A stretch of DNA of 64,000 nucleotides from contig JASANG010002067.1 of the NCBI GenBank assembly GCA_030248215.1, forward strand, positions 62,001 through 126,000, written 5' to 3'. Origin of the DNA: Enoplolaimus lenunculus. Lineage: Eukaryota. Made by a program: the position numbers and the translations under genes. Under the pieces are notes generated by a model. The model saw nothing but the letters and a program-made list of their open reading frames with translations. It did no database searches and was not told the DNA's origin. Positions 25,001-34,948 of the stretch are shown one piece after another (position 1 is the first letter of the stretch; every line of letters starts with the position of its first letter).

Positions 25001-26669
25001 TTAATATAAATTTCGGTTGCATCTTATTTTTCTAGCAGTAAAAATATTAACATTGATATGTAATATGTGGGCAAAGGACCAATACTATCGCTGGATGTAA
25101 AAGCAAGTTCTGTTTTTTATTAATCGTCATGTTATAGAAAAGAAGATATTCGAGCAGCTGAAAGAGACAAAGCGGAAATGATTAAATCGTTCCGGCCTGG
25201 AGATATTGTTCTTGCCCGTGTGGTAAGCGTTATATTTAGAAAACAATCATTATATTTACGAACTCACACCTGAACAAGAGGGCCATATTCTAGGAACCAC
25301 GTGGGAGTAAATGAGCCGAGCCATTCTTTATTCCGTTTACTATAGTAACCCGAACAAGAGGGATGTAGTAAGAGGTCGTCCCCATTTCGGGTCCCAAATA
25401 ATAGGAATCTGTATCCCTAGTTAGAGTCGTTTAATAGATAGTCCATAAAGTCGTAGTCCATGAAAGAGAACAAAGAAGAAGAATGGTATAGACTGTTCAA
25501 ATATGTAACAAACACTTAGAGAACCAACATAAGGTTTATTAAATGCAGAAAAAATAACAGACATGGCAATCAACGAAGATGTTTCGGGCAACTCAGTTTC
25601 TCTCCAAAAGAAAGAATATAAAAATGAAGGTTGTTGGGTCCAACTAACATTTGGTGAATTAAAAATAAATAACAGTCCGTAGCAATAACATGGGAACTCT
25701 GTGGAAGAGTGCAATAAACAGTCCCGCGCCCCCTTACTCAGGTCACAGCAGTATCTTCTATGTATTTGTGTTAAAACAGGATGTTTCCATTTGTAGAACT
25801 AATAATTTCTTACGCATCAATTACGTTCAATATATACAGTCGGAAATTGCCCGTTTTAGGAATACTGTATAGATACGATAGTAAAAGGAAACATACAGCT
25901 TTGGGGGCATATTTATGGAAGTATTTTTGCTGCTTATAACGAATAAGTCACGCAGTATTCAAAAATAGTTGTATTTTATTAAAACGTCCTCTTGTAACAG
26001 GTAGCGCTTGGAGACATGGGATCATATATGCTAACCACAGCGGAGGATTCGCTGGGAGTCGTCAGTGGAAAGTGTAGTGAAGGTACCTAGTTCTTTTAAT
26101 TTCGGTTGGTTTTGATATTTTCAAAACCCTTGCAATTGAAGGGGCATAATGAAAGCGTTTTTAATTACTATGCGAACAGAGTATTTAAAAGCACCATGTT
26201 GTTGGAATTTTGTTTAAATTTTAAAAGTAGACCATTTTTGTCATCTATAAGCAGTCTTCATACAGTTATATATTTCATAATTGTATTTTAACTCCAGTCA
26301 CCAAATTACAGATGTTTTTAGGGTTAAGTGCAGATTCAACAAGAAGCATTTGCTGATGCGCCTTCAGCCATTAACATCGCAGTTAGAATTGATTCTATTC
26401 TATTATCTTCCTGTCTGATTTAAATGTTTTACATAAAAGAGCTTTTATGTATTAATTATTTCATTTATATAATTGTGTCTATCTGCAATATTGCAGCATG
26501 CTGCCAAATTGATATATGTATTTTCTTTTTTATTGTTTTTGGTCATAAAATGATTCCTGTCAACTGGAACGAGATGAGTTGTTCAATATGCGATTTGAGA
26601 GAAGAAAGAAAACTTGCAAAAGTTCCGCATGTTCTGAGTTCAAGCACAGAAGGCTCAATGCATCCTTGA
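10015..26669 (+). CDS. EXOSC1: RNA exosome complex component CSL4 (EXOSC1 / exos-1), 7 exons, ~211 aa
   Basis: Exons: 10015-10048 (MVAADEKICIPG), 10832-10962 (..SGRGTYVRHGMIFASLAG..), 12459-12545 (ELTVEVHR..VPFPTAVVTVR), 22976-23064 (VLGMNLRYCKCSII..FNGIIK), 25138-25222 (KEDIRAAERDKAEMIKSFRPGDIVLARV), 26001-26082 (VALGDMGSYMLTTAEDSLGVV..), 26542-26669 (HKMIPVNWNEMSCSICDLREERKLAKV..). Phases are consistent and the total is 636 nt. The motifs GxGTY, SFRPGDIV, LTTAE-LGVV and E-RK-AKV are diagnostic of Csl4. All introns are GT-AG except the last acceptor (TG). AATAAA at 26714. Confidence 0.93.
10327..10694. mobile_element. hAT-type MITE, TAGGGATGTGCCGAT family
   Basis: TIR TAGGGATGTGCCGAT / ATCGGCACATCCCT. 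Internal similarity to the copies at 15747, 18773 and 32207. Confidence 0.8.
11467..11537. repeat. 30-bp tandem duplication within a GGAGCC-rich repeat fragment
   Basis: GCCGGAGCCGGGTGTCGATTTTTTGGCGGA occurs twice in tandem. Confidence 0.8.
12145..12275. repeat. ~65-bp exact tandem duplication
   Basis: TTATATTTAAAACAGTAATTTTGTTGG...TTTTCCACCCGGTT occurs twice. Confidence 0.85.
12648..13012. mobile_element. hAT-type MITE, (C/T)AGGGTGCAACCGGAATT family
   Basis: TIRs with an exact 8-bp TSD GCTGTAAC on both sides, and subterminal ACCGGA repeats. Confidence 0.88.
14352..16866 (-). CDS. NNMT/PNMT/TEMT-family (amine N-) methyltransferase, 3 exons, ~340 aa, nested antisense in CSL4 intron 3
   Basis: Exons: 16866-16519 (..FKPAAYLRDFYSDTDNEPAMK), 15528-14940 (IVLLFMP..LDIGSGPTVH..LSDYA..FDWS..LKPGGYFAMGG..), 14437-14352 (GSYFYIIHEGIFIIMCQK..stop). 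Introns are GT-AG, phases are consistent and the total is 1023 nt. LDIGSGPT, FDWS and LKPGG are family signature motifs. Confidence 0.92.
15747..16159. mobile_element. Diverged hAT-type MITE (TAGGGATG family) in methyltransferase intron 1
   Basis: TAGGGATGCGC...CACACCCCTA termini; internal sequence similar to 10327-10694. Confidence 0.7.
18773..19064. mobile_element. hAT-type MITE (TAGGGATG family), inverted relative to the 10327 copy
   Basis: TIRs plus an exact 8-bp TSD CTAAATGC. Confidence 0.85.
19868..21391. mobile_element. ~1.5-kb non-autonomous hAT-like element
   Basis: Ends CAGGCTGCGACCTGATATC / GATATCCGGTCGCACCCTG, subterminal ACCGGA repeats, inserted in a TA-rich tract. Confidence 0.65.
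21399..21954. repeat. Long imperfect palindrome/foldback (~270-bp arms, 14-bp spacer)
   Basis: TTTTCAAAAGTTCAAATTTGGGCGTGAAATGATCAGGGG at 21399 mirrors CCCCTGATCATTTCACGCCCAAATTTGAACTTTTGAAAA ending at 21954. Complementarity continues to the centre at 21670-21683. Confidence 0.88.
23697..24913 (-). mobile_element. 5'-truncated non-LTR retrotransposon 3' end (RNase H + CCHC-like domain; I/Loa/R1-group-like), antisense in CSL4 intron 4
   Basis: The uninterrupted 368-aa ORF at 23806-24912 has RNase H motifs YTDGS, VFQTEI, SDSQAAL, WVPGH and GNDLAD, followed by GPEP, LSGH and CSEC..ETAEHFLC. A short 3' UTR ends in a (TATC)n tail at ~23697-23709. No RT domain is present. Confidence 0.88.
25340..25751. 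mobile_element. Diverged TA-flanked MITE (7449 family)
   Basis: TA-CTATAGTAACCCGAACAAGAGGG ... CCCTTACTCAGGTCACAGCAG-TA. Confidence 0.7.
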
Positions 26670-27935
26670 TTACTCAAAGAGAGCAACTGTGATATCTATG
26701 TTTGTTGTTATCTAATAAATTTTATATCGAAGTGCATACTTTTATTTCAAACTAAAGATTAGGTAATCAACAGAATTCGATTTGGTTCTGATAGAATTAG
26801 AAGATTGTCAAAATTTTAGTCGTATTTCTGTTACGTGTTACATGTTTTTGTTTATGATGTCGTAAGTGAAGCTTAGTGTATATCGATCCCTGAAAATGGT
26901 AAATATAAAATCGCCGTGCTGTGTACGATTTCAAAAAGCTGTAGAAATGAAACTTTTAAAGTAACTAATGAAATTATTTTAAAATTAGTAGTTGATAAAA
27001 ATTGGTACTCTATTGTATAGCTATGTATAGTATATATAACGCTCTGTTGATTCGGAAATAATAATTTGCATCAGTGAAGTATCAGAATGCTATATACTGT
27101 TTGTGGATGTTTCAAACTGTTACATGACGATACTGATGTATGTTCAAACCCCAAATGGATAACTAAAATAACAAAGCCCTCATTATTAGTACAACGTTGC
27201 AAGCCAGTTTTCTGACTGTAACTGATTGGACAAAAGACCAAAGTGAAACAGTTGTAATTTTTTCAAACAATATACACCGAAAAAACTAAAACCACTCATA
27301 AAAATTGTCAAGAATTTAGTTCAATATTCTGACTGAGCTTTGAATATAGAATTCCTTTTCGTTCGCTCCTGCTACTTTAATGGTGAAACAATGCAAATTA
27401 TTCCAAAATTTTATACACAATAGCATTTCGGAAATTCGAATACATATTTCATTTCGGGTACATATATATCCGGTGCCCACCCCTATTCATAACATTCGAC
27501 AGCCCGCCCCCGGCAGAAATTTCTGGATCTTCGCAAAAAGCGGGGCACCACTAAAAATAACAAGGGCTGGTGATTGTACGACTAAACGCGTAAGTATATT
27601 TCAATGTGGTTCTTTTCTTCTTGGAAGTAGAACGTATTAAAACTACTCATGCATGTATTGTTCGAGGGAAGTATCACATTTGATAGAAACTGTGTTGCAG
27701 TGATTTAAATCAGACTGAGACAAACCAAATTAACTCAATTTAAGGTGGCGAACGCAAGTATTTATTATAGACAGTAGCAATCTTCTAAACCGAATACCCA
27801 GCGTTATTTAAGCAGATGCGTAATAAATATTTTTACAGTTGTATGTTTTGCCCTCATAACAATCCGCTTGTGGGTCAGGGTACTTCCCTTAAGGCAACAT
27901 ATTAAAACAAGTTCTTACTGTAGTGACCAGATTAA

Positions 27936-29577
27936 CCCTCAACGGCCCGGCAAAATTTTCACCTTAATCAGCCCAACGGTCTACATATGTAGACAACACA
28001 ACTAGCGTTAGTTTTGGCTTATCTCAGGGTGCTCTCCTCCTTTGACTGGCTTGAGACAGTCAGAACTAGTGTTCTGGCGGAGTTCCACCCGCTCCCCGTC
28101 CAGCCTCCCACTGCGGGCGCGTTGTCCAGTTAAGCACAGTCGTTGCACGTTATGGTGCGATTCATGTGGTCCTTGCACACTCGTTTTCCACATGACGAAC
28201 AGCTCAATCTCGTAGATTTGCGACAACTTGTGACCTGACATTTGGTCGGTTTACCAGATGTAGAAGGTTCGTTTCGCTTTTGAGGCAGCCCGTAAGCCAT
28301 AAATGAATCCTTTGATTTTGCGTAAATTTTTTCACTACTGTAACGTTTGGTCATATTGTCTTGCGCTAGTTGTTCGGCTACTTTTTTCATGAAAACTGCG
28401 TGACTTTTGATATCCGTTCAGTTTCATGACAATGAATGCGTTGTGCAACGGTACTTCGCAGGTTTCGCCGGCATGTACGCTCGCCCCGGTGCATATCCTC
28501 TATACCCGTAGAGCTGTTCATCTACTGTAAGTGATTCGGACGGTATATAATGAAGACGTAAGTTGGACTGAAATAGGTCCCAAACATCTCGTATAGCAGC
28601 CATTTTGTCACTTTTTTGACGCTCCCGGCGAGTCAGTTTGTTGTCGAATGTTACATTTTCCAGCAACTGTTTCATTCTGTTTTTTGACAGCGCGCAGCGG
28701 TAAAAGGGCCTGCTGTCGTTTTTGGTGAATAGTGAAGCCACTGGAGACATGTTATCGCGATCTGCACCAGCTCTGATTACCACCCCAAGCCAAGCTTTCA
28801 GCTCGCACATTGGTAGCGTTGAAAAATTGCGCGCCCGCAGTCGCCTACTAGTGAGTCGCTGAATTGTATGTAAAATGGGCTCGTTTATATAAAGATAAAA
28901 TGCTTGTGACTCTGTTGTAGGGTTTACTGCAGTGCCTTCGCGAAAGCGAATTATATTTCTAGCTAACACACGGACAGGCGGTGTTGTAGAATGCCACTCA
29001 ACACCCGTCGCTGACAAAAACACATTACTTCCACTAGAAGTCTCGTCCATATCGCTCAACTCACTACTAGATGCGTCCGATTGTTTTTGTAATTCACCAT
29101 CACTATCTTGCTCATAAATAGCAGCCTCTTCACTACTGCATTGACCTAACTCAACTGATTCTGAGTCGTCATTTGAACTATTGTCGTCCGGTTTGTCATC
29201 TTCTGTCTCTGAATCACTTGGTTCTAATACACGTCGTACGACCTCAGTCAAAGATAATTTATGCAAACCTGACATTTCCCTGACTTTACCTCACCATACA
29301 AAACCGTGTGTAAGAACAAAACGTTCCAATTCTTGTCAAAACTCAAACTATGATCAAATCAACATCTGTCTACATATGTAGACGGTCGGGTTATATAGGT
29401 ATATGACTCACTGTACAGCAAACTTTTGTTCCCACAATGCTATAAGTTTTTTATACTACTATAACAGAATAATTATCGATGGAAATTAAACAATAGATTC
29501 TTAACTATAGCACCTGCCGAACAATCAATTGTCGAACTGGTTATGTCTACATATGTAGACTGTCGGGCCATTGAGGG
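27936..29577 (-). mobile_element. piggyBac transposon, internal-deletion derivative (1642 bp) with intact ends
   Basis: TTAA TSDs at 27932-27935 and 29578-29581. TIR CCCTCAA(C/T)GGCCCG. The palindrome GTCTACATATGTAGAC occurs at 27979, 29368 and 29545. Transposase remnants lie inside. Confidence 0.93.
28130..29275 (-). pseudogene. piggyBac transposase pseudogene (N-terminal half joined out of frame to the C-terminal Cys-rich domain)
   Basis: ORF 28424-29275 has an acidic N-terminus, then LTVDEQL (first catalytic D) and YMPAKPAKY, and breaks near 28450. It is followed out of frame by an LHNAFIV segment and ORF 28130-28390 (CQVTSC..CSSCGKRVCKDH..CNDC). The second and third catalytic Asp region is missing. 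Confidence 0.88.
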
Positions 29578-29597
29578 TTAAAAGGGGAGACTGATGT

Positions 29598-29938
29598 CAG
29601 GGTACAACCGGGGGTCTGCCTCCAGTTCCGGCAGAAAATCGGCCTCCGGCTTCTGTACAATTTTTGCCGGAGGTTCCGGCAATTTCGGTATAAAATTTTG
29701 CATAATTTTGCAAAATTTATCTGTTTAGCGCGTTTCGTTTTACTTTTGTCACAATTTTCAGGAAAGACTTTGCGAAATTTCGCAGAAAATTAGCGTAAAA
29801 CCAAACAACTTACAACTTACTGCAGATATTGGCTAAAATTAACTAATTAACCATCATTTTTACTACCTGATTTTCCTCACCGCCAAGTTTCGTTGACCGG
29901 TTCCGTCTCCGGTATTATTCATCTTCGGTTGAATCGTG
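29598..29938. mobile_element. hAT-type MITE inserted in a TA-family MITE
   Basis: CAGGGTACAACCGG start and degenerate CGGTTGAATCGTG end. Inverted fragments of the same family recur at ~30220-30520. Confidence 0.65.
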
Positions 29939-30022
29939 ATATATATATATTTGGCCTCTCCAGATGGTACCACCTGTTATTCGGTTACGGAGTGTTATTT
30001 TTAACCCGCCCTTCATTACTGA

Positions 30023-30175
30023 GGCCAATGTTACTCTAAGGGGCGTAACAGTAAATTAAGCGTGTATAAGCCTTGGAAAAATGTGTTCCTAAGCTCAAGG
30101 AAAAAACTAATTAAAATCTAAACCTGCTCTTTTATAGACCCACCAGAAACCTGGACGCCCCTTAAAGTATGGGCC
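30023..30175. mobile_element. GG...CC MITE with 8-bp TSD (Merlin-like), diverged
   Basis: GGCCAATGTTACTCTAAGGGG / CCCCTTAAAGTATGGGCC, TSD ATTACTGA/GTTACTGA. It interrupts the host MITE consensus CCCTTCGTTACTGATATATATCCGG. Confidence 0.65.
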
Positions 30176-32206
30176 GTTACTGATGTATATCCGGTATTGC
30201 AGCTCTGCAATGTTGTTAACGGATAAATTTTGCAAAATTATGAAAAATTTTACTATCGAAATTGCCGGAAAGCCCGGCAAAAATTTTGTCGGAGCCGCAG
30301 GCCGATTTTCTGCCAGAGCCAGACCAAAGGTTATGCCCTGGTTTTTACGCTAAATTTCAGTGCAATTTTGGAAACTTTCCTTAAAATTGTGACAAAAGGA
30401 AACAAAACGCGTTAAACAGATGAATTTTGCAAAATTATGCAAAATGTCACTACCGAAATTGCTGGAACATCAGGCAAAAATTCTACCTGAGTTGGACGCC
30501 GACTTTCTGCCGGAGCCCGACTTTAGTCTATATACTGACGCTCTGCAAACAAAATTGATTATTCTATAACTGCTCTTGAGAATTGCACACAAATCTATTT
30601 CATTTTATATTATACAAGTGATCAGGAATATCAATGCCACATGTTTATAATAAGTATATTTAAAGAGGTTAGTGGCTAAAGCACCATAAAACTTAAAAAC
30701 GAATTTTCGTCTTGTCGTCCATTCGATACACAGAGTAAACTGATGGTTTTGAACGTTTATCTTGAATTCTCACTTACCATATAAAATATTTATAAAATTG
30801 TTACCAGGTCTCAACCGGAGCTACAAAATCCCTACTGTAGTGACCCGATAAGAGAGAGACTGATAATTATTTGGCCTTTCCAGAGGCTACCTCCCCCTGG
30901 TATTCGGTTATGGACTCTTATTTATTTTTAACCCACGCTCCGCCATCCTTCGTTACTGTAATATATCCCGTACAGCAACTATCCACTGAATTAAACGTTT
31001 ATTTGTCTTGGATCAAAACCTTGAGCGATAATGCAAGGTTAATTTGTGGAATTCCGACAATTTTTGAGCAAACGCATGGCTGGGTGAATAACCAAAAAGC
31101 CCCTGCTAAGACTACAGCAGACGCGGCCTTAGAACTAGTTACGTCCCTCAAAGCAACACTGACCTAATTAACTCAAACTACTGATATACGACCATCGTCA
31201 AATATTCGAACAGCAACCACATAAAATAAAAGTCCAAACAATAGAGACAATATAAATTAAATTCCCGATCAGTCACCAAAATTAAAAAAATCAAAAACAT
31301 ATATACAACTGCGTTTACGAAAATGGAATTATTAGAACAGACACAACTCGCCGAATGTAAATGTACGTTTTGACTGTGCTTTACGACACACGTTTTGTTA
31401 TTTCTGACTTGAACGCGAAATCAACTCTACTGCCAATAAAAGAATGCACACGTGAAACGCCAACAATTTATGTTGCAAGAATGCTACCTCTAATCAGAGT
31501 TTCAGTAACACTTCACAATAAAGCAGATTAAAATCCTAGCGCATGCGAAATTCAGTAATGAATGACCTTCAAAACATAGCAATAGGATAACGCGCCCAAG
31601 CTACTTTTAAGGGCGTCCCGGATTCCCGTGGAACTGCAGTCGAGGCTAGGCTTTAAACTGTTTTTGCACTAATATTTTGCTTGGGCTTGTCGCTTAGTTT
31701 TAGACTTATATTTACTCTGGGGTTTAGGCAGCAAATGCTTAGGTTTATGCCAGGTGTGGACCAGATATCCGGTTCTGGATTAATATACGGCAAAACCCGA
31801 CATCTGTAGCCGTATGTATAAATCAGAAAATCAGTAAACATATATATTTGCGCGACTCAAGTACTATATACAAACAGAGCACAAATTTCGATGCTTGATA
31901 TTACATCCGGTTCCGGTAAAAAATTTACTATCCGGTTTCGGTGTCAGATTAAATGAATATCCGGTCAAACCCTGGTTACTGCTATTTTACGTCTCTAAAA
32001 GTAAGATTACACGGTTAATTAAAGAAACGTTTTTATCTCAACTAAATAATTAAAAAATCCCATACGAAATATAAATAAGTGAAATCCAACGAAAACACAT
32101 GATAAAATATACAGTAACGAAATCACAATCATCTCTTTTTACACAACAGAATTAATGGTAACAACATTGTCTGGCCTTTCTATGAATGCACCATTACCTA
32201 AAATAC

Positions 32207-32639
32207 TAGGGATGTGCCGATTAATCGGCTTCGTCAGTAATCGGCACTTTTCGTGAGTATCGGCATCGGCACTGCAAAAAACTGCCGATTCTTTGCCGAT
32301 ACTTTTTGCACATAAAAGTCAGTTAGATTGCTATCGATTTCATTTCTGGGCGCATATCAGTATGTCAGATCAGGAAAACTGTTATCTCTTTTGCGTTTGT
32401 GTTTGAAAAAATTAACTGAAACGAACCGTTCTTATAAAATTGTAATCGTTTATGATGGTTAGGGCTTAAATCTTCATATACTGATGTAATGTAGTATCCT
32501 ATCTGTTAAGTATGGTGTACTAAAGTTGGAATCGGCATCGGTTCGGCATCGGCAAAATTTCAAAATAACAATCGGCATCGGTATCGGCAAAAATTTTGGT
32601 ATCGGCATCGGCAAAAATTTTGGTATCGGCACATCCCTA
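32207..32639. mobile_element. hAT-type MITE (TAGGGATG family), well preserved
   Basis: 15-bp perfect TIR TAGGGATGTGCCGAT, exact TSD TAAAATAC, and ATCGGC subterminal repeats. Confidence 0.9.
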
Positions 32640-34948
32640 TAAAATACTAAATGTGACGACGGAAAAAATACTAATAAACGTTCTTTGAATTAGATGGGTT
32701 TTGAATCTATATGAAAGGCGCATACTGGCTTGATACAAAACAAAGCTGATTGAGCTGAAGTTCACTAATCCTTGGCACCTATCCATTAATAGAACTATAT
32801 CGACATGTACTTACTTATAATACAAAAACATCCATATGTATTGCACCAAAGATTCAAATAATAACAGCACCAATACAACACTATATATCTATTGATCGAA
32901 GGTTATGTGTGTTAGAGGCAAAGTTTGTTAGATTATAATTGGTTCTTGAGGACACATGTTCAACTATATAAGTGCAAAAATGTTCTTCGTAGAAGTAAAG
33001 CGTTTGCGACCTACGCAAAAAAATCGTTTTAACACAGATCCCCTTTTGAAACAAGTTTTAGGTGAAGATATAGTTTCACTGAAAAAACTAATAAAGCGAA
33101 ATATATTTAAAATATATTCAAACTGACTATTTTGCAACTTTACGAGAGTCCCAATTTCAATGTATATATACCTGCTTCACAATTTTAATGTTTGAAGGGA
33201 ATAGTCTGGAGCCGGTGTTGCAGCGTTATCCCCCTCCCCAAGCGCGTAATTCTTCCCCCGGAAAGATTACTCTAGGAAGTTACAGCGTAATCTTTGTTCC
33301 CGTGTAATTTTCTCCTCGGAAAGACCACGGTAGCGTAGTATTCCCTCAGAAAACCAGTTAAAATCTGCAGGAAAAATGATATCCTGTAAGATTTACTTTC
33401 GGAAAACTCGTGGTAACGTTATATTTCCGCATTACAAAATTTCGCAGCATATGTTGCAAAAAATGTCTATGCGAATAAAATACGATACGTGATTGTGTCT
33501 AATCATAGAAAACAGATTTTTACGCTACACAACAATGGGAAAACTCTAAAAACTAAAGTCAACGCAAGTTTGATAACGCCTTTCGCCACTAGACTATCTG
33601 AGACAAGGTTGTACGCTATATGGAGCAAAACCCAAACGCATTGACAATTACGCCGGAGAAGATGATTATATCAACAAAAGTGGAATGGCAGATCTATCTG
33701 TGTGGGGACCGATGTTGAGATTAACTCGCTACAAATGGCAAGTATTTATTCTAAAACTTTCAGATCTCAAAGGCTTTGCACTTGCAGCACTTACTTACAA
33801 AATCTGGAAAATACCTATTTTGATTTTGACATTATGTTGAAGCTTGAGAATTTATGTGATTGAAAAACAAATTTTAAGATCCGTGATATATTTTGCTGGA
33901 CAGAATAACGTTTCCAGGGCTATATCACGCGGGTGAAAACCTGCACAAAGCGAACCAAATTTTGTATCCGCGAGGGAAAATCGCGGTAACGTACACTTTC
34001 CGGTGGAAAAATCACGCGGAGGGATTACGCGCGAACTGACCAAAGTTTTTTGAGCTACCGTAGTGCTTCCGTGGGGAAAAACGGCGCTGGACCAAATTTT
34101 AAGGGCGAAATATTTGTGTTCCAGCATGAAACTAAGATTTATGTCGCATTAGAGGCCGAGTGGTAAAAGTACACTATCAAACTCCGTCGTTCCGTGAACT
34201 TCAATGAACCCTGTTATATTGCAACACAATACACAAAATAATTATTGCAATAATTGCAAAAGAAAATCCCTAGCATAACTCTTGATAAGGAATATATTAT
34301 TGCGATACAAAATATGTAAAAACAATCAAAATATTATTACACAACATTGATGGACAATCTCGATTCAAAGGTAGAGTCACACTGGGCGTCCTGATCTTAG
34401 TTTCATTGGCCGCTGTAATGATGACTTTGGAAACTGTTAAAAATTGAACTTAGAAGAATACATTCTTAGACGTTTCATTAATTTCTTGCTGGTGTGTCTT
34501 CGTGAAAGTTTCTACAAATTAGTGTTAAATGACTAAAACGTATGTATCCTCTATAAAAAGTAAGATGGGTCAATGACAGTTGGATCAGCTAAAATAGAGA
34601 ATCGCCGAGACTCCCATTCCTTTATACAACAACAAAGTAAAAAAATCTTATCAAGTGAGAATGTTAAAACATTGGCCCCAAAAACAATAAAATGAAACCT
34701 GAGCATTACAACAGTGCAATAATGCAGAATGTACAATAATTAACAAACCTTATCTTGTCATATTTTGTGTTTCACAGTCTAAAAACAAGATTAGATATTG
34801 TACATTCAGAATAATGACAGCTAAGAAGAAAACGGGCCGTTCTATTCTGCTTGTGCTAAGGTAAGTTTTGCACCCAAGTTGGCAGCTGATTCCCACGTTT
34901 CTATATTTGCTTGCAGTGACTAAACACGAAGGCTCCGTCACTATAAAA

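Noticed and set aside
28424..29275. Domesticated PGBD gene
   Set aside because: Still flanked by TIRs and TTAA TSDs, and the catalytic core is deleted.
34148..34200. tRNA A-box-like GGCCGAGTGGT (and B-box-like GGTTCAATCCC at ~62111)
   Set aside because: No cloverleaf or matching partner box nearby.
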